DNA of 64,000 nt, taken from NCBI GenBank assembly GCA_041659765.1, contig JBAZXR010000001.1, positions 787,338-851,337 of the forward strand, in the 5' to 3' direction. The first letter of the stretch is position 1. Each line of letters starts with the position of its first letter. The notes beneath the pieces are model-generated. The model ran no database searches. It was given only the letters and a program-made list of their open reading frames with translations, and had not been told where the DNA came from. A program made the translations under genes and the position numbers. Origin of the DNA: Patescibacteria group bacterium (GTDB lineage Bacteria; Patescibacteriota; Patescibacteriia; UBA9934). Shown here in pieces: positions 19,824-29,764 of this stretch.

Positions 19824-21654
19824 ATGGCCACTTTGGATTGATTTCTACACCGGTATAGAAGTATTTGAGAATTGACTGCCAATCCTTCCCCTCCTTAGCC
19901 ATACAGATGGCACCGGAAGCGGACATACCTACGCCGTGGCCCCAAAGGGTCTTACCAACATCACAGGGAACCGGTACAGACTTGGCGTAAGGCACATTAC
20001 CGCCCCAGACCTCTGACCAATCGCGAGTCCTACCGTCTGAACGTGAGAAGAACGAGGTAATAGCCGTGTCTCCATTGTAAGTAACGATTAATCCGCGAGT
20101 AGCGAGCACGCCGGCAGTAATTCTCGGTGTACGCGCCTCCTGGTCGTAGCCCCAATAAACCTGATCGCGGTAAGCGTCTACGTGGAAACCCTCGGCCTTA
20201 TGCTTTGAGGCGTGTGTCCAGTGATAAAAGGCGTAGGTTCTAGCGGCCGTCATCAGCGTTTTCTGGAACTCGGGGTGTGAAAGGTCTGAAGTTTCGGCGA
20301 GTCCTCGCAGGTAAAGCTCGATAGGAAGCTCATTAATCACCCACACCCGATCATTCGGCAAGTTCCACCTGAGTTCGAGGACATTGCGAAACGTGTTATT
20401 AGCAAAAGACGTACCACGAGTGACTCGACGATCAAAATTGGTGATGGTCATGACCGCGTTCGGTGTTTTTGGCACGAATCGCAAAGGCTTAGCACTCTTC
20501 TTATGTGCGCCGTCATTATAAAGATACGTCGAGCCGTCCCACGCCGCTCTAATCTCCTTCCCTTTTGGGTATGAGCCTAGAACAGTTCCGGTTTCATCAG
20601 TCAGGTCAAAATCACTCTCGAAAGAAGTGATTGCCACCTCATCCTTAGTCTCCTCGTCGACCACTAGAACGCCTACGCGAATGGTTGGTTCGTCGATTTG
20701 TTGTAGAACCGGTGTCACGTTCTCGTTGGCCGGTGCGGAAAAAACCTCCGCCGAACCACCCGTGACCTCCACAGGAATCTCGACGAACATCCCCGGAATA
20801 CTCAGATCATCCGCCGTGATTTGGAATTTGGCCGTCTGCAAGCCATTAACATTTGGCGCGGTGAAGAAAAATTGCATGGCGGCCGTCTCGCCTGGCTTAA
20901 CTTTCTGCGAAAGCATCGCGACTTTCTGGCCCTGCCAGCTCAGATGGCGGAAATCACTTGCCCCAGAGGCCATACTGACATCCGGTGCCGTCAAACCGAT
21001 GTTTTTCCAAGTGGCAGTCCCAGTATTCTTTACAACAACGGAAAAAGACACCGTCTTTTTCGCCAGTACCTTGAGCTTGGTCGCGGATTGGGTGACGATC
21101 GAGGCCGAATACCCTGCAATGCCGGATGAAGATGGCGCAGCCGTTGTAGGGGTCGACGCCCCCGTCGATCCACCCGCGTTCGACGCCACCGTAATATTCA
21201 ACGTGAATTCCCCGCCCGTGACCCAAGCCAAGTCTTGGGAGGCCAGGGCGAAGGTCTCCTTGTACGTTCCAACAGTCTTCGGTGCCTTCAGATTGAACGC
21301 AAATGTACTGACAGCACCCGGTTTTACCGAGCTTTCGATCATCCGCTTAACCTGTGAAGGTGACAACCATGAGCCGGGATCAAAAACGCTCGCGCGATAC
21401 TTTGGGCCGTATGTATAGATAGAAATGTAACCTTTGCCGTCATTTGCCCAGGTGGATGACCCCTTATTTTGAAAAGAAATGGCGATGTTCTTCACTTCCC
21501 CTGGAGTCATCGAAATGTTTCCCCCTCCCGTCGTAGTTACTCGAAGAGCTGAATACGGGGCTGTCGAGGCTGCTGAAACCGAGAGTGGCACGCCCAAAAC
21601 TAGCGTTGCCAGCAACAAAAACCCCGAACAGGCTCTTTTAAGAAGAGAAGGCAT
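19822..21654 (-). CDS. SpoIID/LytB-domain protein with two N-terminal Ig-like (NBR1-like) domains
   Basis: INELPIELYLRGLAE, AARTYA, DQVYWGY, FFSRSDGRT, GHGVGMSA.GA, ILKYFY. Confidence 0.88.
   Translation of the reverse strand: MPSLLKRACSGFLLLATLVLGVPLSVSAASTAPYSALRVTTTGGGNISMTPGEVKNIAISFQNKGSSTWANDGKGYISIYTYGPKYRASVFDPGSWLSPSQVKRMIESSVKPGAVSTFAFNLKAPKTVGTYKETFALASQDLAWVTGGEFTLNITVASNAGGSTGASTPTTAAPSSSGIAGYSASIVTQSATKLKVLAKKTVSFSVVVKNTGTATWKNIGLTAPDVSMASGASDFRHLSWQGQKVAMLSQKVKPGETAAMQFFFTAPNVNGLQTAKFQITADDLSIPGMFVEIPVEVTGGSAEVFSAPANENVTPVLQQIDEPTIRVGVLVVDEETKDEVAITSFESDFDLTDETGTVLGSYPKGKEIRAAWDGSTYLYNDGAHKKSAKPLRFVPKTPNAVMTITNFDRRVTRGTSFANNTFRNVLELRWNLPNDRVWVINELPIELYLRGLAETSDLSHPEFQKTLMTAARTYAFYHWTHASKHKAEGFHVDAYRDQVYWGYDQEARTPRITAGVLATRGLIVTYNGDTAITSFFSRSDGRTRDWSEVWGGNVPYAKSVPVPCDVGKTLWGHGVGMSASGAICMAKEGKDWQSILKYFYTGVEINPKWP
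21146..21171 (+). repeat. Degenerate GTAG-type REP (family C), in frame inside the SpoIID gene
   Basis: GTAGGGGTCGACGCCCCCGTCGATCC; encodes GSTGASTPT. Confidence 0.65.
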
Positions 21655-21684
21655 AAGACTTTCTGATTATACCCCACCCCTGAG

Positions 21685-21790
21685 CCACCGACTCCCCCGT
21701 AGCCACTCGGGCGAGCCCCTCTTTGAAAGAGGGGAACGCAACCATCCCATTCGCTACTCTCCTCCTTTCCAAGGAGGAGTCGGAGGAGGT
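21685..21790. repeat. Pair of family B palindromic repeats in inverted orientation
   Basis: CCACCGACTCCCCCGTAGCC..CCCCTCTTTGAAAGAGGGG, then CTCCTCCTTTCCAAGGAGGAG..GGAGGAGG overlapping the ligase C-terminus. Confidence 0.7.
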
Positions 21791-22998
21791 GCAAGGGTCA
21801 TGGCCAGCATGGCTACGGTCAGGATGGCCAAATCATTCTTGAAGAACGGCACATCGACAAGCCCATGGATCACCATGGTTGCAAGCGCACCAAAGGCCAT
21901 GAGTGTGAAGACATCGCCCCGGCGCATGAGTGTAACCCTGCTCGTCGAGACAATGAAGCCAAGAAGGGCGATAACGCCCAGAAGTCCGAGCTCGACCCAG
22001 AAGTTCAAGAGGATGTTGTGCGGGTACTGGAAAATCTCGAAGATTCTTCCGTCATGATACGGCTTGATGGCCGTTGGGTATCCGGCGAGTCCTGCACCGG
22101 TCAGCCAGTGTGACTTCAGGTACGTTGTCGTCTCGTGCCATTGGGCTAGGCGAGCCTGACCGCTGATGTCTTGAAGTAAAAGCTTCTCGTGAACCGTTGG
22201 CACGAACATGAAACAGGCAAACCCAATCAACAAAACTGCTGAACCAATGTAAGCCTTTATCTTCAGGGGCGCGGTCGAAAACATCAGTACGATCAACAAT
22301 GCTGAAGGGATCGCCACGAAGACTGCTTCGGTCTGCGACAAAAAACATGCGAGAAGACCAAAAACTGCGATGACGATTGCGGTTATTCGTCGATTCATCG
22401 CCAATGGATGGCCGAAGCACGAGGCATATACCACCGCCGCGGTCACGATGGGCGCGACGAACAGGCCGAGGGCATTTGGGAAGTCAAAGAAGCTCGTGGC
22501 CCGCAACTCGATGTCCCACGGCGCCGGGATGCCGAGGCCTGTTGCTCGCTGAACAAGGGCGAAGAGCGACAGAGCAACAACGGTCCCACCGAGTGCAAAG
22601 AAAGCGCGCTCCCAATCCTTTCTAGCGGTGAACGTGGAACGGAAGACGAAGAATAAGAGGAAAGGCTCGATGAAATAGGCCTTCCAGATACCGAGAGCGG
22701 CAAAGGTGTCAGGTTCGACAACCACCGCGAAACAAGAAGATGCAAGGAGGAGAAGCATCGGTACCCTATACGGTCCCAGCGAGCGAAGGAACTCGAGCAT
22801 TCTCCCCTTCTCCTTGAAGAACCAGAAACCGAGTATTACGAGCACGAGACACTCGAGCAGTGTTGTCGGAACAGGACCGATCGAAAAACGAATCAAGTAT
22901 GTAGGCAACAATGCCAAAAGAATTACGAGCGCGAGTTTGAAATCACGATAGGTAAGATATGCAAAAGAGAGAAGGACGAGAACGGCAAGAATCATCAT
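21754..22998 (-). CDS. O-antigen ligase family (Wzy_C/WaaL-like) membrane protein
   Basis: RATSFFDFPNALGLF, SGQARLAQW, YPHNILLNFWVELGLLG, HGLVDVPFFKND. Confidence 0.9.
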   Translation of the reverse strand: MMILAVLVLLSFAYLTYRDFKLALVILLALLPTYLIRFSIGPVPTTLLECLVLVILGFWFFKEKGRMLEFLRSLGPYRVPMLLLLASSCFAVVVEPDTFAALGIWKAYFIEPFLLFFVFRSTFTARKDWERAFFALGGTVVALSLFALVQRATGLGIPAPWDIELRATSFFDFPNALGLFVAPIVTAAVVYASCFGHPLAMNRRITAIVIAVFGLLACFLSQTEAVFVAIPSALLIVLMFSTAPLKIKAYIGSAVLLIGFACFMFVPTVHEKLLLQDISGQARLAQWHETTTYLKSHWLTGAGLAGYPTAIKPYHDGRIFEIFQYPHNILLNFWVELGLLGVIALLGFIVSTSRVTLMRRGDVFTLMAFGALATMVIHGLVDVPFFKNDLAILTVAMLAMTLAPPPTPPWKGGE

Positions 22999-23004
22999 AA
23001 TTAT

Positions 23005-24465
23005 CTACATTCCGCTCGAAGGATTCTCCGGCAGGAACAGTTTAGCAATAGCCTTTGGTCTTGGTCCGCCGAGTGCCATGACGGCAAGAACATACACGAC
23101 GATGCCAGCGAAAACAGTAGCGGCAGTCAACAAGGGATTATCGAACTCCCCAACTTGGGACATGATCAAGCCGATAATTCCAGCCATCGCAGCCGTCGAA
23201 ACAATCGCGCGGGCCGTCATCTTGAGGTTCGGCAGGCGCTTGGTAGCCTTCGACACGACAATGAACGCGAAAAGACCGATCAACGATTCTGAGAAAAGCG
23301 TCACCCAGGCTGCTGCCCAGGCGCCGTATACGGGAATGTAGAGGACGTAGCCCGTGATGGCAACCGCGGCCACAAAAAGATAGGCCAAGACCATGATCTT
23401 CTGCTTTTTTACGGCTACTACGGCGTGACCGTAAAGCGAGTTGAAAAACACCACGGCTGCAGCCGGACCGAGCACTGCCAAGACTTGGCCAGCAAGAATC
23501 AGATCTGGTTTTACTGCAGTCATAACTGGTACGCCGAGCATGATAGCGCCGACGGCAAATGGGATGGCGATCAAGGCGAAGATATCAAACGTGTGCTGAA
23601 GATTGCGATCAAATTTCTCTCGATTCTTTTCGCTCCAGGCTAGCGTCAAAATAGGTAGTATGAGTCCCATGAAGGTGACTGGAATCATCGTCATTACATC
23701 CACCACCTTATACGCTGAACCATATTGTCCGATCTCGATGAAACGACGAGCTGGGTCAAGCAGTACGGCCATGAATAAAATATCTCCCTTCAAATATAGG
23801 AGATTAAAGAAGATGGAAATTCCAATCGGCCAACTCCGTACAAGCACCTCGCGCCACACGTGCCACTGCATCCGAGGACGAAGTTTCACGTAACGCGCCG
23901 TACCTAAAAGCATGATGGCGAGCTGAACAAATCCGCCCACAAAAAATCCGAGCGAGGCTTCGAAAAGTGAGAGATGTAACGTGCCGGCGACAATCACCCA
24001 AGTAAGGGCGATAAGTCTGTTCAACATCTCCCCCATCACCGGCGCCGCCAGCTCGAGTCTTTTCTGAAACACGCCAATATACGTTGAACCGACTGACGCA
24101 AAGAAAGATGACCCCGTGGCGATGCATACCAAAAGTACCACTTCACGAACACCCGGAATAAAGATGGCCGTTATTGGCGCAATCGCCATAAAGGCCAAAG
24201 CCGAGATCACTCGCAGAGTCAGCAAGTTACCGAGAATCTTCTCCTCATCTGCTCCCCTTTCCGAAATCATCTGCGTCGTGGTCAACGTCAGACCGAAATC
24301 GACAATCACGCCAAAAATCGCCACATGAGTCATGGCGGTAGTCAGCAAACCGTAGCCCTCCGTCCCAAAATAATTGAGCAGTAAATAAAAGGTGGCTAGG
24401 CCAAAGATTGTTCCAAATAACTTGCCTCCAATCTGTAAGGCCGAATTCTTAGCGAGGGCTGACAT
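23005..24465 (-). CDS. Oligosaccharide flippase (Wzx/MOP family)
   Basis: LAKN..Q..GK, YFGTEGYG, DFGL, many TM helices. Confidence 0.9.
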   Translation of the reverse strand: MSALAKNSALQIGGKLFGTIFGLATFYLLLNYFGTEGYGLLTTAMTHVAIFGVIVDFGLTLTTTQMISERGADEEKILGNLLTLRVISALAFMAIAPITAIFIPGVREVVLLVCIATGSSFFASVGSTYIGVFQKRLELAAPVMGEMLNRLIALTWVIVAGTLHLSLFEASLGFFVGGFVQLAIMLLGTARYVKLRPRMQWHVWREVLVRSWPIGISIFFNLLYLKGDILFMAVLLDPARRFIEIGQYGSAYKVVDVMTMIPVTFMGLILPILTLAWSEKNREKFDRNLQHTFDIFALIAIPFAVGAIMLGVPVMTAVKPDLILAGQVLAVLGPAAAVVFFNSLYGHAVVAVKKQKIMVLAYLFVAAVAITGYVLYIPVYGAWAAAWVTLFSESLIGLFAFIVVSKATKRLPNLKMTARAIVSTAAMAGIIGLIMSQVGEFDNPLLTAATVFAGIVVYVLAVMALGGPRPKAIAKLFLPENPSSGM

Positions 24466-24562
24466 ATATGAGTAAGCATACCCCACCAAATATCTCTCGT
24501 AAAAAAAGCGACCGGCGCACAGTGGGTTTGAAACCCACCGCACACCGGCCATTACGAGTCAC

Positions 24563-26128
24563 CTAGTCACAGGTACAGGTCTTGAACTCCGGGTGCCGAG
24601 CACAGTAGCCCGGCCGGTCGTTCTCCATCTGCACTTTGTCTGCCAGGCACAGGCTTTGTGCCTGTGACCGCGCAATCAGCGGGAGCCCTCCAGACGACAG
24701 GCTGTAAGTGTTCCGTCCGGAATCCGCTTCCAGCATGTTGTCCGTGTACGCGTGCAGGTTGCCCACCAGCTTACGCTGTCCGGCCTGGCTGAAGAACAAG
24801 GCAAAGAAGAGCGCCACACCAGCCATCCCCACAATGGCCTTCGGGGAACCGCCGAGCAGAGCAGTGATCAGGTCCTGCACGAGTACTGGCAGAATGTAAC
24901 CATTGAAGTACTGAGCGACCGTCAGGATGGTCAGGAGAAAGAACCACGCCGCCACGAAGAGCCCCTTGTCCAGGACCACCTCACCGGTCATGGCCCAAAA
25001 AACGTTCACCGCAAGCCCAACGAGCGTCGCGCCCATTGAAACCTTCAGGTTGGCCGCCCGGGTCTCGCCCTGAACGGTCAGGTACTGCTTGTTCTGCCGT
25101 TCCTCGATCAGGTGGGCCGTGCTGGCTCCTGCCGAGGGTGAGGCTTCCTTAGCGTGACCATGAGCGTCTTTAGCGGCTGGCTTTGCTTTCGGCTCATCGT
25201 GAGCCGTGGGCAACACCACCTTCTTTCCGTCTTCGCCGACGTAGATGTCCTTCACCTGCACCGTCCACGGATCATCCACGAGGACGAAGAAGATGGAAGC
25301 CCAAACGGCGAAGAAGCTGACATCGCCCCAAAAGGCCAAGGGGCTGAAGCCCGGCCTAAGCCAGGTCGCCAGCACAATCACGCCAACCGTGAGGCTAGAC
25401 GCTTTGAGGAGCTGACCGAAGGCCTGGGTCAAGCTGAACTTCTTCTTCTTTCCTTCCGAGCTGGTTCGACCAGTGCGGAAGGCGAGGTAAGCCACGACGC
25501 CAGTCACGCAGAGAGGGGCGCCCACAACGACGAGCGTCGCAATAGCCGCCACCCACCACCATTTGCCGGTAGACGGAGCAACCTTGGCCGGCACACTGGC
25601 CGGAGCGCCAAAGATGGTGTGTTTGGCCCACTCCACCTTGGCCTTCATGCCGTTGGTCACCACGTTGTCATCAATCCAGTCCTTCATCTCGAGCGAAGCC
25701 TGCTCAGCCATCGGGACGTTCTTGAACCCTTCGTCGAGCGCTGCCTCCAGAAACGGAGCCAACTCATCGAGCACACCGTGCAGGAACATGGTGGACTCTT
25801 CCCGCTCGGCCTTGCTCGGCCGAGCAGTCGGATCAGGATCGATCACTCGGGTCAAACGGACCGCGTGATCGTGCGCCAGGTCGGCACGCGCCTCAGTCAT
25901 GTCCGGCAATTTGCCGTACGGCTGAGCGCCTTCCGTCAAGGCCAGAATGGCCCGGCGGAGCTGACGCCGCTCTTTGGGGCGTTCAATGATCTCTTCCTGC
26001 TCGTTGTTACGGAGCATGAAGATCTCAGTCCACGCCAGGAGGGCGCGCTTCTGGCCTTCCTTCAGAACCACCGGCTTGGGCAGTTCAGGAGTCTTGGCCG
26101 GATCAGGGGTAGCAGATGCAGTAGACAT
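24563..26128 (-). CDS. Hypothetical multi-pass membrane protein (GC-rich, SD-led)
   Basis: 521-aa ORF, about six hydrophobic segments, Cys-rich tail. Confidence 0.7.
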   Translation of the reverse strand: MSTASATPDPAKTPELPKPVVLKEGQKRALLAWTEIFMLRNNEQEEIIERPKERRQLRRAILALTEGAQPYGKLPDMTEARADLAHDHAVRLTRVIDPDPTARPSKAEREESTMFLHGVLDELAPFLEAALDEGFKNVPMAEQASLEMKDWIDDNVVTNGMKAKVEWAKHTIFGAPASVPAKVAPSTGKWWWVAAIATLVVVGAPLCVTGVVAYLAFRTGRTSSEGKKKKFSLTQAFGQLLKASSLTVGVIVLATWLRPGFSPLAFWGDVSFFAVWASIFFVLVDDPWTVQVKDIYVGEDGKKVVLPTAHDEPKAKPAAKDAHGHAKEASPSAGASTAHLIEERQNKQYLTVQGETRAANLKVSMGATLVGLAVNVFWAMTGEVVLDKGLFVAAWFFLLTILTVAQYFNGYILPVLVQDLITALLGGSPKAIVGMAGVALFFALFFSQAGQRKLVGNLHAYTDNMLEADSGRNTYSLSSGGLPLIARSQAQSLCLADKVQMENDRPGYCARHPEFKTCTCD

Positions 26129-26273
26129 TGATGTTTCCTCCAGGGGCAGGCTTGCCCCAATTCAGTTGTTTTTCGGTTGTAAAAGGACAAATGAGTTTAA
26201 CTGAAACGACCAAGAAAGTCAATGGTTTAAGGTATTAGATTTCATGTTTTATTGGTCTTTTTCACTAAAAACA

Positions 26274-26302
26274 TTGACAAAACCCCTTTTTTATGCTATT
26301 AT
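26274..26302 (+). promoter_or_regulatory. sigma70 promoter with extended -10
   Basis: TTGACA-N17-TATTAT preceded by TGC. Confidence 0.75.
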
Positions 26303-26378
26303 TGTTAGTTGAGTAACGATCGGGGAAGGTCCCTGAAACGTGCTCAGACGCTTGAGAAAACCCAATGTGAGGTGACTA

Positions 26379-27152
26379 ATGTTGACCCTTATCCTGTCCT
26401 TGTTCGTTTCCAGCGCCAACGCTGGTGACTCCGTCTACGTCCCCCGCGCCACGCTCGGCAGTCGCCCGGCGGTGGTCAGCGTGTGCCCGGACGGCGTGAG
26501 TGTGGTCGGGCGCATCCGCGCCGGCACCATGCTCCCGTACGCGGAGCTGTGCGCTGATCACCAGGAGGCCATGGCGAGCATCGCCACGGACCGCGCCCTG
26601 GTGGACGGCCAGGTCGACGTTGATCGCATCGACGCGGTCACGCGCCGCCAGGAAGTCGAAAGTGACCGCACGATCGGCGTGATCGACGCCAACACCCGGC
26701 GCGAGGTGTCCCTCCAGGGCATCGAGCACGGCGTGGCGACCTACGCCCGCGGTGACATGGTGGTCACGGGTGACAAGCCCGCCGCCATTGCCGCGGAGTT
26801 TGACAACCTGCCGGCCGGCGGTGGCTACAGCTTCTACGATCGCCGGGTCGGACAGTCGTTTACGGCGTTCGACACGCTGAACGCACTGGACGGCAACGGC
26901 GGGTACTCCGGTGGCCTGGTCGGACAGACGACGCAGTCGACCTCGTCGACCAGCGCCACCACCGCGACGGTGAACTCGACCGAGCTCCAATCCGACCTGC
27001 AAAAGGCGGACGAACAGAGCGCCAGCCTGCGGACACAGGTGGGCGGTCTGCAGGGCCAGGTCTCGGTCCAGGAAGCCGAGCTCAAGGCGAAGCAAGCCGA
27101 GATCGACAGGCTGGCCCCGCTCGCCGATGAGTCCTGGTGGCCCGGCTACTAG
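26379..27152 (+). CDS. Secreted hypothetical protein with C-terminal coiled coil
   Basis: Signal peptide ending ANA; GAGGTG SD; GC-rich. Confidence 0.7.
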   Translation: MLTLILSLFVSSANAGDSVYVPRATLGSRPAVVSVCPDGVSVVGRIRAGTMLPYAELCADHQEAMASIATDRALVDGQVDVDRIDAVTRRQEVESDRTIGVIDANTRREVSLQGIEHGVATYARGDMVVTGDKPAAIAAEFDNLPAGGGYSFYDRRVGQSFTAFDTLNALDGNGGYSGGLVGQTTQSTSSTSATTATVNSTELQSDLQKADEQSASLRTQVGGLQGQVSVQEAELKAKQAEIDRLAPLADESWWPGY

Positions 27153-27270
27153 GAACACGTGACTGGTCTCCTCAAATACACGCAAGTGTGTTTGAGGAGA
27201 CCGGATCTACTGAGTGACGAACGGAATTTTCCGTTGGCCACTCACAAGTCCCTGTTCGGAGGTAATTCAC

Positions 27271-27918
27271 ATGCGTTCCTTTCTCATGGTCATGCAGTTC
27301 ATGATTGTCTTCTTCACGGGCATGGCCCGCGCGGAGGACAGCCGCGTCCTGCCACACGCCGCGGACATCGCGTCCCTGGGCTGCGTGAACGGAGACGTTC
27401 CCGTGCCCGTGGGCGTCATCCTCACCTGGCGTCCGCCCAACTGTACGGCCGCGGACGGCCTGGTAGAGATCACGAATGACACCCCCGGGTGCATCGTGCC
27501 GAACATCTCCGGGGTCTCCAAACCGAAGGTCGTGGAAGCCTTCGGAATGAATCTCGCGGTCATTGGCTTCTACAAGTCGGACGGCCGGTTCCTGCCCTGT
27601 ATCCCCCAGCGGAAGAAGGACCAGAACACCGGCAACACGACCATCGGTCACTACTGGATGTTTCTCCCGACGCCGATCGTCACGATCTCCGGGTCGGGGT
27701 ACACGGTGCCGCGAGACTGGCACATCACCGATGTCACAATCGACGCCACCACGGACGTTCCCGTGGTTGCGTTGAACGGCAGCATTGGCGGTCTGACGAA
27801 GACGGCCCCGCTCGCCTTCACCTGCTCCACCGTTGAGTTCAACTCGGCGAGTGACAGTGAACTGTGGAGCAACGGACTCCCGGTCTTCAACTTCCAGTAC
27901 ACGAACTGCCCGCACTAA
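27271..27918 (+). CDS. Secreted Cys-containing hypothetical protein
   Basis: GGAGGT SD, signal peptide ending ARA, six Cys. Confidence 0.7.
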   Translation: MRSFLMVMQFMIVFFTGMARAEDSRVLPHAADIASLGCVNGDVPVPVGVILTWRPPNCTAADGLVEITNDTPGCIVPNISGVSKPKVVEAFGMNLAVIGFYKSDGRFLPCIPQRKKDQNTGNTTIGHYWMFLPTPIVTISGSGYTVPRDWHITDVTIDATTDVPVVALNGSIGGLTKTAPLAFTCSTVEFNSASDSELWSNGLPVFNFQYTNCPH

Positions 27919-27987
27919 AGCAGTTCAGCTACATCTGCGCCGGTCCTTGGGAACATCCCCTGGATCGGCGTTTTGCTTTACACAAAC

Positions 27988-28014
27988 AAAAAACCGCCCG
28001 AAGGCGGTTTTTTT
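27988..28014. terminator. Bidirectional intrinsic terminator
   Basis: AAAAAACCGCC-CGAA-GGCGGTTTTTTT. Confidence 0.8.
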
Positions 28015-28018
28015 AGTC

Positions 28019-28405
28019 TTAGACGTTGCCCGTAGCCTTACTGAGGTTATCGATCACGAAACTGCTGATGGCGTAAGCTGAGAGGAGAACCACTAGACCA
28101 ACCACTGCCGAGATCAAAATGTTCTTTGCGGAATCAACTTTCTTAGAGTCACCAGCGGCCGTCATCCAAGTGAAACCGGCGTAGATGGTCAGAACCAAGA
28201 ACACGATACCGAGGATGCCCAAGAAAGTTTGGATTAGCGATCCAACAGTCTGAGTTAAATCCTGCTTCTGTTGACCAGAGCTGGTACCGACGGCATCAAG
28301 GTTATCGTTTAAGTTAATTGCATGCACCGTAAGCACGGATGGTAACAATGTCATTGCGGCCAAACCAGCACCGAAGGCAAACTTTTTGAATTTGTTCATA
28401 GACAT
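28019..28405 (-). CDS. VirB2/TrbC-like (T4SS-type) pilin
   Basis: Signal peptide plus two TM helices flanking YAGFTWMTAAGD..KV..AK..L..AVVGL. Confidence 0.85.
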   Translation of the reverse strand: MSMNKFKKFAFGAGLAAMTLLPSVLTVHAINLNDNLDAVGTSSGQQKQDLTQTVGSLIQTFLGILGIVFLVLTIYAGFTWMTAAGDSKKVDSAKNILISAVVGLVVLLSAYAISSFVIDNLSKATGNV

Positions 28406-28469
28406 ATTAAATGTTGAATAAAGTATACATCGCCCATAACTCATGTGAAATAACTATACACACCCGTGC

Positions 28470-28856
28470 CTAACAATTGGGTGGAATACATCCCGGCGTG
28501 CTAGTAGGACTAAGGCTTCCCGAGTATGACGAGTCTGATGTGGCCGACTGCGACTGCTGTAGTGCGTTGATAATGAACGAAGAAATAGCGAAAGCCGAAA
28601 GAGTGATAACAAGACCAACGGTTGCACTGATTAGCATACCCTTAGCTCTATCCACTAACTTTGAATTCCCCGCAGAGGTCATCCAGATAAAACCGGCGTA
28701 GACCACAAGTATAAGAAAAACAACTCCCAAGATACCAAAGACCGCACTGATAATGACACCAATCAGCTGAGGCAAGGTTTGCGAAACCGTATATCCGGCG
28801 TTACCGCCGGCCTGGGAGAGCCCCGTGGTTGTCACAATCGCCAAAAGCCTGGTCAT
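28470..28856 (-). CDS. VirB2/TrbC-like pilin
   Basis: YAGFIWMTSAGN..LV..AK..L..ATVGL. Confidence 0.85.
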   Translation of the reverse strand: MTRLLAIVTTTGLSQAGGNAGYTVSQTLPQLIGVIISAVFGILGVVFLILVVYAGFIWMTSAGNSKLVDRAKGMLISATVGLVITLSAFAISSFIINALQQSQSATSDSSYSGSLSPTSTPGCIPPNC

Positions 28857-28857
28857 A

Positions 28858-29250
28858 TTATCCTCCCTGTGGATTTCCTGAAATTCCGCCCGTAGAAAGT
28901 GCGGTGAAAAGTGCGCTAGTCACCGCATAAGCAGCTACAATGATAACCGCGCCAATAACTGCGCCGGTCATAATGTCTTTTGCTTTAGCTACTCGCTTAT
29001 CATTTCCGGCAGCCGTCATCCAAAGACCACCAGCGTAAACCATGAGACAGAGAAAAGTAAGTCCTAGAAGACCAAGAACCGGCTGAATAACGCGAGCCCC
29101 AATAAACTGGGCGATATTCATGTTCGAATCAATCTTCGCGGCTACTCCGGTCTGAGATAGGCCAGAATCCCCAACGCTAAATTGTGCGGATACGCCAAGA
29201 GGAAGCAGGAAGGACAACGCCATGAGCCCAGTTACTACCAGTTTTCGCAT
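28858..29250 (-). CDS. VirB2/TrbC-like pilin
   Basis: YAGGLWMTAAGN..RV.KAK..M..AVIG. Confidence 0.85.
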   Translation of the reverse strand: MRKLVVTGLMALSFLLPLGVSAQFSVGDSGLSQTGVAAKIDSNMNIAQFIGARVIQPVLGLLGLTFLCLMVYAGGLWMTAAGNDKRVAKAKDIMTGAVIGAVIIVAAYAVTSALFTALSTGGISGNPQGG

Positions 29251-29297
29251 ATCGTGCCCGCACCTTCAGAGAAGATGCGGACTTCGATAGGTGACAA

Positions 29298-29708
29298 CTA
29301 ACCTTGAGTAGCGGTGAGGAAAGAAGAAATAACGAACGTGGTGATAGCGTAGGCTGACAGGATGATCGCCAGACCAATGATACCGCTGATGATGAGCTTC
29401 TTAGCTTCACCAACTTTCTCATCGTTACCACCGGAAACCATCCACTTGAAGCCACCGTAGAGCACAATGACTACAGCTACTACTCCGAGGAAACCAAGGG
29501 CTACCTTAATGAGGTTGCCGATGGTCTGCTTCAGGTCACCCTGGCCAAGACCAGTGGAATCACCGAAGTCAGAGCTGATGATATCCTCAGCGCCCAGTGG
29601 CTGAGCATGGGCTACTGGCGCAAATGACGGAACTAAGCGCATGAACGGAAGTGCGAGCGCGAGCCCGAGCACGGCGCTCATCCCAAATCGTACCAAGGAT
29701 TTCACCAT
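29298..29708 (-). CDS. VirB2/TrbC-like pilin
   Basis: YGGFKWMVSGGN.EKV.EAK..I..GIIGL; start MVKSLV. Confidence 0.85.
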   Translation of the reverse strand: MVKSLVRFGMSAVLGLALALPFMRLVPSFAPVAHAQPLGAEDIISSDFGDSTGLGQGDLKQTIGNLIKVALGFLGVVAVVIVLYGGFKWMVSGGNDEKVGEAKKLIISGIIGLAIILSAYAITTFVISSFLTATQG

Positions 29709-29764
29709 AGGAATGGTAAGTAATAAATTAAAAATGAGAAATCTCCTGAACATTATACACCAGA

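Noticed and set aside
22384-22402. TCGTCGATTCATCGCC in the O-antigen ligase gene as another in-frame REP
   Set aside because: Single weak palindrome with no second copy in the window
25154-27915. Long antisense ORFs (325, 269 and 247 aa) in the GC-rich block
   Set aside because: Shadow ORFs caused by high GC3; the opposite strands carry the SDs, signal peptides and TM segments
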